From Kiritimatiellia bacterium (GTDB taxonomy: Bacteria; Verrucomicrobiota; Kiritimatiellia; RFP12; UBA1067): DNA of 64,000 bases. The notes under the pieces are model-generated. The model had not been told where the DNA came from. It saw only the letters and a program-made list of their open reading frames with translations, and searched no databases. Below are positions 11,758 to 22,237 of the stretch, one piece after another. The stretch lies in the NCBI GenBank assembly GCA_050949565.1, contig JBMNFY010000017.1, positions 1,728,001 to 1,792,000 on the forward strand, given 5' to 3'. The number at the start of each line of letters is the position of its first letter. Position 1 is the stretch's first letter. The position numbers were made by a program, and so were the translations under genes.

Positions 11758-13880
11758 CGTGTTTTCCTTTCAAACTTCACAAGGGGCACGATAACTTCTT
11801 CGATGGCTACACCGCCGTGACCTACGATGGCATCTCCCGGGTTCACGAATGCGTCGCGGCCACCGGCCACCAGGGGGAAATAATCTGCGGGCAACCCGAC
11901 CGGCTGCCACTCGTGGGCAAACGGGAAGGCCCCAGCCACCTGAGCGCGGAGTTCCGGCGTTGGATAAACACGAACCCGCTCGCCGCGAGTTTCGGCAATC
12001 ACACCTTCAGACGGGCGGCCTTTGCCGTCGCATTGGATGTTGCCGTGATCGGCCGTCAGCCAGACCTCATAGCCGTAATCCAGCAGTTGGCCGACCATCG
12101 CGGAAAGAAATCCTGCATGGCACCACTGCTTGATCTGGTTGTGCATCCCGGCCGAGCCGAGTTGCATGCCGTGCATGATCTTATCGACCTTGTCCACGAC
12201 CAGCCCCACCACCTTGGTCTTCCCGGGGTGGATTGCGGAGTCGAGGACGCCCGCAGCATCGCCGTCGCCAAGGCCGCGCTGGTAGGCGACATCCAGTCGG
12301 GACAGGCCATGGCCTTCCCAGAACTGTTTCCAGAGTTTCTCTTCGCTGTTGGTCGAGTTGATGGATGACGGGAAATAGAGCGGCGGCTTGCCCGAGAAGA
12401 TCGATTGCCGCGATACCGAGGTCAGCGTCGGAATCCAGGCGAAGGTCGCGGATTCGCGCATGACCAGATTGGCGTCCCGCTTTTGCAGAAGCTGGCGAAT
12501 GGTCACCCACTGGTCCAGGGCCAGGCCATCGACCACGATCAGCGCAGCACGGCTACTGCCAGAGTCCTCGATGTCCCGGGCCAGGCGGCGCGGCACATGG
12601 TGCAGCATGGCCGGATTGGTCGGCGGCAAGTTGATCAGACTGGAGTAGTTATGAACTAACCACTGATAAAACAAATCATTGATCTGATTCTGCACAGCCA
12701 AGAATTTTGAACCACGAATGGACACTAATTCACACGAATTTCCTTTTTCCGATTCGTGTTTATTCGTGTTCATTCGTGGTTCGCCATGAATCAGGGCTGA
12801 TAGCTCGGCCCATTTCAATGCAAAGGCGGTCCAGTCAGAGTAACGCGCTTCAGCAGTGGGCAGTTCCTTCTCGACAAGGCCAAACAAGCGAGAGATCCGT
12901 AGCTCGTCATCGTCCACGCCGGACGTGGCGATGCCGCTTCGAACCCAGGACCCGGCATCCACTTCAATGCCTTTGGCCTCGACTGGGGTGAGTTTTCCTT
13001 CCAGGAACAAGTTGTCGATATAGACCTTGATGTCCTGATGGTCGAACGGCAGGCGGTCAGGGCCGGGATAACGGAAGTGCGTAGTGCGAGGTGCGTAGTG
13101 CGTTTCAGGCTCTCGAACTTCGGTTCTCGCACTTCGCACTCCGCACTTCGCACTCAAAAACACCGGCCAGCGTTCCTGTAAAAAGGCGAAGAATGCCTCA
13201 TCGTCCGGAACGATTTCGGAGAGCGGCCAGGCTTTGAAATCAGGGGTGAGGGACGAGGGGCGAGGGGCGAGTTGAAGGGATTGGATCAGGCGATGGACCA
13301 GGATATCGGGGAGTCTGGTTTTTCCGTAGTGCAGACGGAGCAAGGCACGAAGCAGCTCCACCTCATTGGCGATCAGCTCAGCGGCGATGCCGAACACATG
13401 ACGGAGAATGAAATCCTTGGTGGCGTTGTCGCCCATGCGATCCGGCGGCGACTTGCGCTGGGCTTCAAAAAGCGAATCCAGCAAGCTCCGGTCGAGCTTC
13501 TCAATGACCGGATAGCTCAGGTTGGGAAAGAGATCCCCCAAGTTGAATGAAAGCTTGCGGCCCGCCTGGAGTAGGTCGTAAGGCAAGGATTCCAGCTCCG
13601 CATCCTGCAAGCGGAGGACTACCACCAGATCGGTGTGCTCACCCCGGTCCCATATCGAACGGTACTTTGACTCATAGGCGTATCTGAATTCGACCGGATC
13701 ACTGAACTCGATCAGGTCGAAGCCGCGCCCACGTAATTCAAGCGCCAGTTTCTCCTCGGTCAGCAGACAATCCGGGTCCGCGACCAAGGTCAGCTTGCTG
13801 ACGTTGGGCACAAAGTCGTTCAGGATGGCGTCTCGCCAGGAGGGAGAGTGCGAAGTGCGTTGTGCGGAGTGCGATGTCAT
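11754..13880 (-). CDS. pglZ: BREX-3 PglZ phosphatase-domain protein with in-frame repeat inserts
   Basis: IVVDGLALDQW, PTLTSVSRQ, TADHGN and HGGVAIEEVIVP motifs; ATG 13880 overlaps the upstream TGA. Confidence 0.92.
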   Translation of the reverse strand: MTSHSAQRTSHSPSWRDAILNDFVPNVSKLTLVADPDCLLTEEKLALELRGRGFDLIEFSDPVEFRYAYESKYRSIWDRGEHTDLVVVLRLQDAELESLPYDLLQAGRKLSFNLGDLFPNLSYPVIEKLDRSLLDSLFEAQRKSPPDRMGDNATKDFILRHVFGIAAELIANEVELLRALLRLHYGKTRLPDILVHRLIQSLQLAPRPSSLTPDFKAWPLSEIVPDDEAFFAFLQERWPVFLSAKCGVRSARTEVREPETHYAPRTTHFRYPGPDRLPFDHQDIKVYIDNLFLEGKLTPVEAKGIEVDAGSWVRSGIATSGVDDDELRISRLFGLVEKELPTAEARYSDWTAFALKWAELSALIHGEPRMNTNKHESEKGNSCELVSIRGSKFLAVQNQINDLFYQWLVHNYSSLINLPPTNPAMLHHVPRRLARDIEDSGSSRAALIVVDGLALDQWVTIRQLLQKRDANLVMRESATFAWIPTLTSVSRQSIFSGKPPLYFPSSINSTNSEEKLWKQFWEGHGLSRLDVAYQRGLGDGDAAGVLDSAIHPGKTKVVGLVVDKVDKIMHGMQLGSAGMHNQIKQWCHAGFLSAMVGQLLDYGYEVWLTADHGNIQCDGKGRPSEGVIAETRGERVRVYPTPELRAQVAGAFPFAHEWQPVGLPADYFPLVAGGRDAFVNPGDAIVGHGGVAIEEVIVPLVKFERKTR

Positions 13881-14251
13881 TCTCTTGTACTCCGATCCAG
13901 TGATGTACGAAGTCCGCCTATTGCCCGACTCAGGGTGATGCATTTTTCGCAGATATTGGAGCAATCGGATTCAGAAACATATCCCAGCGATTTTGCGAGC
14001 TGAATCTGGCTTCTTACTTCTGCGCATGATCCTCGGGCAATGGACAAAAACTGTTTAAACTCTTGTCTGCTGTATCGTTCGAAGCCCTCGGCGATGTTAG
14101 ACATCACTGAAACGGATGCACGCTGAATCTGATCCCGAAGCCCCCAATCTTTGGAAAACTCGCCATCCCTCGTTAGACCGTAAATTGTCACGGACAGGTC
14201 ATGGGCCATCTGCCAGATTTGCAAGTCCTCGAATCGTTCGACTTTGCTCAT
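13877..14251 (-). CDS. Four-helix-bundle protein (23S rRNA-IVP / Avd-like family)
   Basis: FEDLQIWQ...LRDQIQRASVSVMSNIAEG...FLSIARGSCAEVRSQ signature. Confidence 0.92.
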   Translation of the reverse strand: MSKVERFEDLQIWQMAHDLSVTIYGLTRDGEFSKDWGLRDQIQRASVSVMSNIAEGFERYSRQEFKQFLSIARGSCAEVRSQIQLAKSLGYVSESDCSNICEKCITLSRAIGGLRTSLDRSTRE

Positions 14252-17200
14252 GACCGCACCTCGCACTCTGCACTTCGCACTCGCAACGCGAGCAGCGGCC
14301 GGATCTCCGGCACGATCTGCCTTGCTGATTGCAGTTCATGCCGCCACTCGGATTCGTCCGCATCGCAACGGGACAACCTGAATTGCCGCACCTCCGGCAG
14401 TCCAACCCGTTCGATGGCCTTGCGGCGCGAGGCAAAGGAAACGATGCCGCGTTCCTCCTCGCGAGCCACAGAGGCGAGGTGCGCCTGCTGCAGGGCGTTG
14501 AACAGCTCCTGTCCGGCCTGTTCGGCAGCAATCTGCAAGCTCTCATGAGCGATGATGGATTCGTCCTGGTCAAGGGTGGCCTGCACCTGGGCTTCCGCTG
14601 TCTGCAGCGCATCCCAGATATGCCGGGCCGTGGGCAGAAACAGTTTGCCTTCCTCGCTCAAAAACACGCTGACATAGCCACGCCGCACCATGGGAATGCG
14701 CAGGAGCTGTGTCTTCTGGTGCGTCCCGGCCTGAAGGCGGATCTCAAAGAGTCCCCAGAGTCCGGAGATGCTGGCTGGCAGCCCGCTCACGCTTACGCAA
14801 GGCAATGGCTGGCCAGCCGCGATCTGCGGCAGGTTCAGGGCAAGCCCACGGACACGGCTGTTCGATAAATCGAAGTGCGAGGTGCGAAGTCCGGAGTGCG
14901 TAAAAGAACCTTTTTCAACGGTTCCATCTGACCAACTCAGTTCCCAGACATTTCCACCTCGCTCCTTGCGCAGTAATTTGGCTCCCGCCCTGCGCACTCC
15001 GCACCCCGCACTCGCATGACTGTTGAGGAACGAAACTGTCATGCGCTCCACCCAATGGGGCAGAGGATGGGAGCGCAGACGCTCAGCCGCCTGCACATCC
15101 GGCTCTTCGGAGATGCCATAGATGGCGGAGGCCTCGCGCACCTGCTGAATTTCATCGCGAAGCCGGGCCACCGTGTGATCGACGGAGCTTTCGATTCCGT
15201 CAGGATTGAGGATGGCAGAGGCGAACACATCCTCGAACAACTCACCGGCCTGGGCCGAGTCGAGCACGTCGCCGGTCTTGTCGATGCCGAACTCGTCGAA
15301 GATCACCGAGAGCTTCTGCTCCAGCACTTCGCGGACGCGGAACTCGACCGAATTCTCAAACACAAAATTAATTGCCCGCACTGTCTTGGGCTGCCCGATA
15401 CGGTCCACACGGCCGATTCGCTGTTCCAGCCGCATCGGGTTCCAGGGGATGTCGTAGTTGATGATGACGTGGGCGAACTGCAGGTTCAGACCCTCACCAC
15501 CCGCGTCGGTGGAAACCAGCACGCGGTGCGATTTGCGGAAGGCATCCTGGGCCTGATTGCGTTCCTCCATATCCATGGAGCCGTTCAGGGTGACCACCGA
15601 GATCCCCCGGGCTTCCAGAAACTCTTTTAGCATCTGCTGGGTCGGCACGAACTCGGTGAAGATCAGCACCTTCAAGTCCGGCTCGTTTTCCTCGGCCTGC
15701 AGCTCGTAGATCCACTCGATCAACGCCTCGGCCTTGGCGTCCGGTCCCGCTTGTTCGCAGCGAACCGCCGCATCGAGCAGGTGTTCAACCTCGGATTTTT
15801 CGTTTTCTATCGCATCAAGCTGTAACGCCAGCTCAAGCTGCTCTTGTCCGTCAAGATCTTCCCAATCCTCGGTTGAAAGGGACAAGGGGTCAGGGACGAG
15901 GGACGAGTCAGAATCTGCCAGTCTCGCCCCTAATCCCTCACCACTCGCCCCTAAAAAAGCAAGTCGTCGTTCCAGCGTGGTGCGGATCGCCCGGGTGCTT
16001 GAGACCACCAGGCGCTGCATCAGGATCATCAGGAAACCGATGTGGCGCTTCTTCTCGCGCAGGGCCTGGTTATAGCCCTCGCGCACATAGTCGGTCACCG
16101 CCTCGTAGAGAAGCTGCTGCAGGTGATGACGGCTCTCCCAGGCCACCGGGGCCATCTGCGTGCGCCGGGGTTTGAAGAGCGGCTTGCCGTCGGCATCGAT
16201 GGCCTTGCGCTTCTCGGTACGGATGACATACGGGGCCACCCGCTCGCGGGAGACGCTGTCCATATCCGGAAAGGCATCGTCATCCAGCAGGTTCATCAGG
16301 CGATGGAAGGCATCGGTCTTCCCCTGGTGGGGAGTCGCCGAAAGAAGCAGCACATAGGGCGCGGCTTCCGCCAGCCCTTTGCCGAGTTTGTAGCGGGCGA
16401 CCTGATCGGTGCTGCCACCCAGGCGGTGCGCTTCGTCCACCACCACCAGGTCCCAACCGGCGGTAATCAGATCCTCGAACCGGCTGCGGTTGTATTCGGC
16501 AACGCGCTCGGCGGTCCAGCCGCGCCGCTTGTCCATGGGTTTGACCGAATCGAGCGAAACAATCACTTGGTCAAAAAGCGACCAAGGATTGGTTCGCAAG
16601 TGCGGAGTATGGAGTGCGGAGTACGTTTTTTCTGAATCCGCACCTCGCACTTCGCACATCGCACCGGCAACGCGATTCAGCGTTGCCATGTCGTCGCCCA
16701 GCACGAGCTGGAACTGCTCGTTGAAGTGGGTCTGCATTTCCGCCACCCACTGGGTAGCGATGCCTTTGGGAGAGACGACCAGGATTCGCCGAACCAGCCC
16801 GCGCAGCTTGAGCTCGCGCATGACCAGACCGGCCTCGATGGTCTTGCCGAGACCCACCTCGTCGGCCAGCAGATAGCGCACACGGTCTCCGGAGATGGCC
16901 CGGGACAAGGCGTGGATCTGGTGCGGCAGCGGGATGACGTTGGACTCCATGGGAGCCAGCAATACATGGCCGTCGGTGGCGCTGGTGGAGCCTTCGAGCA
17001 CCTCGGCTACCTTGGCTGCGGCGGCCACATAGGCAATGTGATCAGTGGTTAGTGACGAGGGGCGAGAGGCGAGTGGAATCAGACCGGAAGCCGGGATTCG
17101 GACAACAGAATCAGAATTCGGCAACCAGACACGGCACACCGTCTGCCCCCACAAGGTCTGTTCTTCGATGACCTTGCAGGCGCTGTTATGAACGGTCGAA

Positions 17201-17295
17201 TAGCACCACGAATGAACACCAATGGACACCAATGATTTTCTGTCCGTGCCTGATTCGTGTTTATTAGTGTCCATTCGTGGTTCAATCCTCGCCAT
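14248..17295 (-). CDS. brxHII: BREX-3 BrxHII SNF2-like helicase with in-frame repeat inserts
   Basis: LADEVGLGKT, VDEAH, LSATP, STDAGGEGLNLQ and EQRIGRVDRIG motifs. Start approximate. Confidence 0.9.
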   Translation of the reverse strand: MARIEPRMDTNKHESGTDRKSLVSIGVHSWCYSTVHNSACKVIEEQTLWGQTVCRVWLPNSDSVVRIPASGLIPLASRPSSLTTDHIAYVAAAAKVAEVLEGSTSATDGHVLLAPMESNVIPLPHQIHALSRAISGDRVRYLLADEVGLGKTIEAGLVMRELKLRGLVRRILVVSPKGIATQWVAEMQTHFNEQFQLVLGDDMATLNRVAGAMCEVRGADSEKTYSALHTPHLRTNPWSLFDQVIVSLDSVKPMDKRRGWTAERVAEYNRSRFEDLITAGWDLVVVDEAHRLGGSTDQVARYKLGKGLAEAAPYVLLLSATPHQGKTDAFHRLMNLLDDDAFPDMDSVSRERVAPYVIRTEKRKAIDADGKPLFKPRRTQMAPVAWESRHHLQQLLYEAVTDYVREGYNQALREKKRHIGFLMILMQRLVVSSTRAIRTTLERRLAFLGASGEGLGARLADSDSSLVPDPLSLSTEDWEDLDGQEQLELALQLDAIENEKSEVEHLLDAAVRCEQAGPDAKAEALIEWIYELQAEENEPDLKVLIFTEFVPTQQMLKEFLEARGISVVTLNGSMDMEERNQAQDAFRKSHRVLVSTDAGGEGLNLQFAHVIINYDIPWNPMRLEQRIGRVDRIGQPKTVRAINFVFENSVEFRVREVLEQKLSVIFDEFGIDKTGDVLDSAQAGELFEDVFASAILNPDGIESSVDHTVARLRDEIQQVREASAIYGISEEPDVQAAERLRSHPLPHWVERMTVSFLNSHASAGCGVRRAGAKLLRKERGGNVWELSWSDGTVEKGSFTHSGLRTSHFDLSNSRVRGLALNLPQIAAGQPLPCVSVSGLPASISGLWGLFEIRLQAGTHQKTQLLRIPMVRRGYVSVFLSEEGKLFLPTARHIWDALQTAEAQVQATLDQDESIIAHESLQIAAEQAGQELFNALQQAHLASVAREEERGIVSFASRRKAIERVGLPEVRQFRLSRCDADESEWRHELQSARQIVPEIRPLLALRVRSAECEVRS

Positions 17296-18538
17296 GGGGT
17301 GGTTGCGCGGCAAAAATCGTCAGCATCAGCTCAGAATCATCAAGGAGCCTGTACACCGGCTTTCTACCCGACAGCTTCTCGCTTTCGGTGATGATGATCG
17401 GTACCCCCTCACCGCGCTTATCCATGATGAAATTCCGTTGACTGCCGATGGCATCTACATTCATAGGGCAACGAGCCAGCAATGAACTGATCAATTCGTT
17501 CCGTGCCGATTGGCGTTCTGAAATGCTATCAATGGTCATGGTGTTGGGGATCGCGCCGGGCGAGAAGATTTCCAGCCGATCAGAAAAGAGGTGCAGGCGA
17601 ATCTTGGAGCCGTAAATGGAGTAATCCCGATGGGCTACAGCGTTGACCACAGCCTCGAACACCGCATTCATGGAAAACTGGGGTGTTTCGATCCGATTGG
17701 GTGCTTTGATGGCAAAGACCCGCATGTTTCTCTCCACAAACTTGCAGGCGTCCCGAACCTGAACATCAAGCGGGCCAGTGATATCCTTGGCGTCCAGTTG
17801 ATAGGCGGCGTTGCGCTCGGTGCCCCGGTAGCAAACGGCCTGAATAAAAGCGCTGGAGATAAAAGCCTCCGGTGCGTCCGAGGCCATCAGAATACCGCTG
17901 ACTGTCGCCCGCATGGCGCCGTCTTCGTCCTTGGCAACCAGCTTCATCTTTTCGAGAAATTCCTGATCAGCCTTGGAGGAGATAACCGTCCGGAATTGGT
18001 TCCATAGCTTGGGATTCAGATCATTGACAGATGTGCCCGGCACTGTCTGTTCATCGAAGCGAATGAGTCGCGCCTGACTGCGTTGCTGGAATAACCGCGC
18101 CAAAACATCCGGTTTCATCTCGCGCTTGGAACTACCGAGGCGGCGGAAATAGCCATTAGGGCTTTTATGGACAAACAGACTGCGGGGCACGTCGATTCGC
18201 AGGATAGTTTTCTCATCACCCTGTTGATCGGGCACAAGGAGTTTGCGTATGACGCAATCCAAGGGAGGATCAATCGAGTCGTTGCAAATGGAACGTAGCC
18301 AGCCTTCAAGTATGTCAAGTTTATCCGACGGTATCCCTCGAATCTCTTTGGTCTTGTCATCAACCCCCAGAACAATGGTGCCGGAAGCCGTATTCGCCAT
18401 GGCCGCCAGTTCGTCTGCCATATCGTCCTTGTGGGGACCGGTGACTTTGTTACCGCTGAATTCCACTGCCTTGAGTTCAAGAACTGAGTCCTCGCCCAAG
18501 GCGATTTGTTTAAGCAGGTCGGAAATGTTTTCGTACAT
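17282..18538 (-). CDS. AlbA_2 (Schlafen-like) plus HATPase_c_4 domain protein
   Basis: GEDSVLELK, AMANTASGTIVLGVDD and EAVVNAVAHRDY motifs; AAGGAG RBS. Confidence 0.85.
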   Translation of the reverse strand: MYENISDLLKQIALGEDSVLELKAVEFSGNKVTGPHKDDMADELAAMANTASGTIVLGVDDKTKEIRGIPSDKLDILEGWLRSICNDSIDPPLDCVIRKLLVPDQQGDEKTILRIDVPRSLFVHKSPNGYFRRLGSSKREMKPDVLARLFQQRSQARLIRFDEQTVPGTSVNDLNPKLWNQFRTVISSKADQEFLEKMKLVAKDEDGAMRATVSGILMASDAPEAFISSAFIQAVCYRGTERNAAYQLDAKDITGPLDVQVRDACKFVERNMRVFAIKAPNRIETPQFSMNAVFEAVVNAVAHRDYSIYGSKIRLHLFSDRLEIFSPGAIPNTMTIDSISERQSARNELISSLLARCPMNVDAIGSQRNFIMDKRGEGVPIIITESEKLSGRKPVYRLLDDSELMLTIFAAQPPHGED

Positions 18539-18644
18539 TATGGGCACTCCTTTTCTAAGAAGAACCACGAATGAACACCAATAAACACTAATGATCTTTT
18601 GCATGGTCTTGATTCGTGTGTATTTGTGTCCATTCGTGGTTCCA

Positions 18645-19028
18645 TTAAAGCACCAACCTTTCCCATTCGAGTTTGGCACGTTTGAAGTTTAGAATAACGC
18701 CAACCTTCAGTCCGGTGATCTTTAAGTAATTGAGGATTTGACCGCGTTCCACATCGGTGATTCTTTCGATGGTCTTGGTATCAACCACAATCTGATCAAA
18801 AACAATCAAGTCAGGGATATACTCACCGACCTTGATCGACTTATAAATGACATCGAATCGAGGCTGCTGATGAAACGGGATATTCCGCAGCCCGAACTCC
18901 ACAACGAGCGCATTTTCATAAGGCTTTTCCAGCAGGCCATGTCCAAGCGTGTTCAACACCTCCATCGCACAGCCAACAATCTGAAAAACCTCCTCCTTCA
19001 AAAACAATTCGTGTTTATTCGTGTCCAT
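18645..19028 (-). CDS. GxxExxY protein
   Basis: LGHGLLEKPYENAL motif, PD-(D/E)xK-like PDLIVFDQIVVDTK and QILNYLK. Confidence 0.92.
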   Translation of the reverse strand: MDTNKHELFLKEEVFQIVGCAMEVLNTLGHGLLEKPYENALVVEFGLRNIPFHQQPRFDVIYKSIKVGEYIPDLIVFDQIVVDTKTIERITDVERGQILNYLKITGLKVGVILNFKRAKLEWERLVL

Positions 19029-19035
19029 TAGTGGT

Positions 19036-21880
19036 TCACTCCCCTCCCATTCTTGTTACCGCCTGGTCGTACCACATGAGCAGTTTGGGATCTTCTTCCA
19101 GGACGTTGTTGGGGATCTTGTCGGCCACGGCGATGATGACTGCGTAGTCGCGCTCCTGCCAGGCTTTCTTGAATCCGGCGCGGACAGCTTCCAGGCGGAA
19201 GACCTTGAGCTTTTTCTTGACCTCTTTGTATTCCTCGAACTCCTTGAGCAGCGCCTTCTCGCGCAGCTTCTCCAGGTCGCCTGCCTTGTTGGGGTCGGGC
19301 ACGTACCAGCGGTCGCGGGCCTTAGCGACCAAGGTCGGATCATCCTTGGGAAGATTGCGCAGCTCTTTCCAGTTGGTGGAAAGGTAGGCGTGGATCTGCT
19401 CGGGCACCGGGCCTTTGCCGTCGAATTTGATAAAATTTTGCTCTAGCAGCTCATCCAATTCGAGGAGCTTTTCTGTCTTTAGCCACCCACCAATTTCTTG
19501 CATAAATTGAGGTTTGAGTTCACCTGATGTTTGAGGCTTCTTAAGCAGTTGCTGCCTCATCCATTGGATGGCGGTATTTTCGTCAGTGATAAATAACTGT
19601 AGCTGTAGAACCTCACGTACAGTCATTCTCTTTCTATCGTATTCTGCAATTTGATCTGGTAGAAAATACATGCCATCACGCTCGGAGAAGCGCTGATTAA
19701 GGCCTTGATAGAACTCCGCTGCAGACAAAGGAACGGCCACCCCCCTTTGGACGTGAAATGCGACCATCCGGTCAAACAACAGAAAGTTTTGGCGCTCCGA
19801 AATGATTTCAACTTTCCCATCTTTGGAAACAAAAACAGGAAGCTGGTTGAGATGCGTTCTGATGAAATCCCAAACTACATCTTCGGTTCCCGCTCCAATC
19901 TCAAATTTCTTTTCTAGTCCATCTGTCGGTTTATATGCGGATATAACAAGGTCTTGATCAATGGCCCCAGCTCTATTTACTGCATTGAAAGACCGCTGCT
20001 GTTTATTGAGCACCCGAACATCTGCCACAACAAGCCCAGAAGACTCTATTGCCTGCTGTATCGCGCTCCAAACTGCATTCTGGCTGTTATGGAATTCGAC
20101 GGTGATCCATCTCCCCGGCTTTAGAACACGAGAGTAAGTTCTAAAGGCTCCTAACATCATATTGGAATAGAATGCTAAATCCTTCTTGTGGACATAGTTC
20201 AGAACGCAATCGCTATCGACAAAAGTCCTCGTCTTAAGCCACGCCTCCACAAACATGTTCAGCTCTGCATATTGCAATGATTCTCCAAAAGGCGGATCTG
20301 TAAATATGTAGTCAATTGAACTATCTGGGTAATTCCTGAGATCGACAACACTTTGGGTGGATACGGTCGCAGCCCGGTGAGTTTCTACTGAAAGAGACTT
20401 CAGCTTTTTTATCTTCCTCTTGAGAACATCAAATACATTTCGCTCAAGGTGAAGAGAGGGCGTAAAAAGAGTGCCCGAAACGCCACCGCCTCCGCCGAAA
20501 TAGCCTTGTTTTCTCGAAATATAGTTATTAATCGCGGTTAAGCAGAATCTGAAAAAGGCCGTTCTTCTGTGTGAAGAGAGCGTCTTCCCCCACAAGTATC
20601 CATAAACAAATAGAGATCGCTTTGTATACATATGAGCGACATGCGATAGCCCAGAACCATTTATGAGTTTGTTGGTCTGCCGACCTGGGAAAAATTCATC
20701 TGAAGGAATGCTTGGCCAGTGACGTCCTTCAAACCTTTGATCAAATTCTTTTCGTTCCTCGGGCGTAACCGAGAACGTCTTTCTTGCCGTTCCCTGCTTT
20801 ATTGTCTGCTCAACTAGAGCAAACTTGGGAGTGCTTACCATTTTTCCAAGCACGGGATCGAACTCAGATGTAAATGGCCTTTCCAATTTTACCGCGCCAG
20901 AAGATTTCGACGCTGCTTTTCCTACTATCGTTCCGCAATCAGGGCATGGGAAAGATCCTTCCATCTTTCCATCTTTTAATGCGGCTTCCCAGAAAATGAA
21001 CTCATGCGAACAGTTAGGGCAAAGGAAAACATCTGACCAGACGGCACTAAGCACGGTACCTTTTTGCTGACCCTGATAGAGCCATTTGAGTTCTTTTTCG
21101 GCACTCTCAATCACCTTTAATGCTTCCATGGCAAAAGAAGAGAGGGAGGAAAGGTCTGAGTAATTACTCGAAATAAACGTCGCAGCAGGTGAGAGGTCAT
21201 TTAAGAAGGCTTTCCTCTCCCCTATGGTAGAGAACGGTACCCATACCTTTTTCCCTTCGCTATCAATCTCTTCCTGCATAATCGAGCCATCGGGCTTGAT
21301 TTGATAACCGAGGGACGATATTTCGTTTTTGTCGCCACACATCTGCGCCGCCACGCCGGTCATGCCTGTTCCACAGAAGCCGTCAAACACAATATCCCCC
21401 GGTTGGGTGTAGTGGAGGATGTAACGCATGATGGCCTTGTGCGGCACCTTGGTGTGATAGGAGTGCGCGTTGTAAATCGGGTCGTTCTTCCCCTCGCTGA
21501 CATCGGCGGCAAAAGGCTCTCTATGATAGGGGCGAGGGGTGAGGGGCGAGGGGTGAGCGCCTTCTTTCTCGTCCCTCGTCCCTAATCCCTCGTCCCTGAT
21601 TTTTTCCGCTTCCCATAAGCGGATAAAATCGGCAATCCACGGGTTCGGGCAGGCGGTGTAGTACGGCGGATCGCTCAGCTTGAGGATGTCTTCATCTCTC
21701 ACCGATGGGAAAGCCTTCGATCTTGCGGAACTCCGGGTCCTGCAGCTTCTTGCGCAGCTCCTCGGTAAAGTGGGCGCGGCGGGCCTCGTCGTTCTCGAAG
21801 GTCATGCCGAGGCAAGTCACCGGGCCGGAGGGCTTCTGCGGCTCTTCAAGCAGCGAGTCGAACAAACTGGTTTCTTTCAT
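19036..21880 (-). CDS. pglXI: BREX-3 PglXI DNA methyltransferase, split by a 1-nt frameshift near 21700
   Basis: SDPPYYTACPNP, YHTKVPH, DGFCGTGMTG and FTDPPFG motifs. The N-terminal piece (MKETSLF...EGFPIG) lies in ORF 21692-21922 and continues in another frame. Confidence 0.85.
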
Positions 21881-22237
21881 CTTCACAATCCTTTTGAACC
21901 ACGAATGGACACGAATCCACACGAATAATTTTTAACCACGGAATACACGGAAAGCACGGAAGGGGCACTTGCTATACACGCTTTTATGCGCGGGCGCATA
22001 GATGGGCGCATATTTTCACGCGCCGCGCGGATTTTACGCGCGGGCTCATACCATTTTATGCTTGCAACGCCCGTTTTATGCTCGGTGAGCATATTTTCGC
22101 CCGACGAGCATAAATATGAGCGAATACGCGCGCCGCGCGCAAAATACGAGCGATCTACACACGATCCTATACACGCATGCGTAGAAGTTATGAGCCATTT
22201 ATGAGCTGGCTCATAACTTATGAGCGGGGCGCATAAA

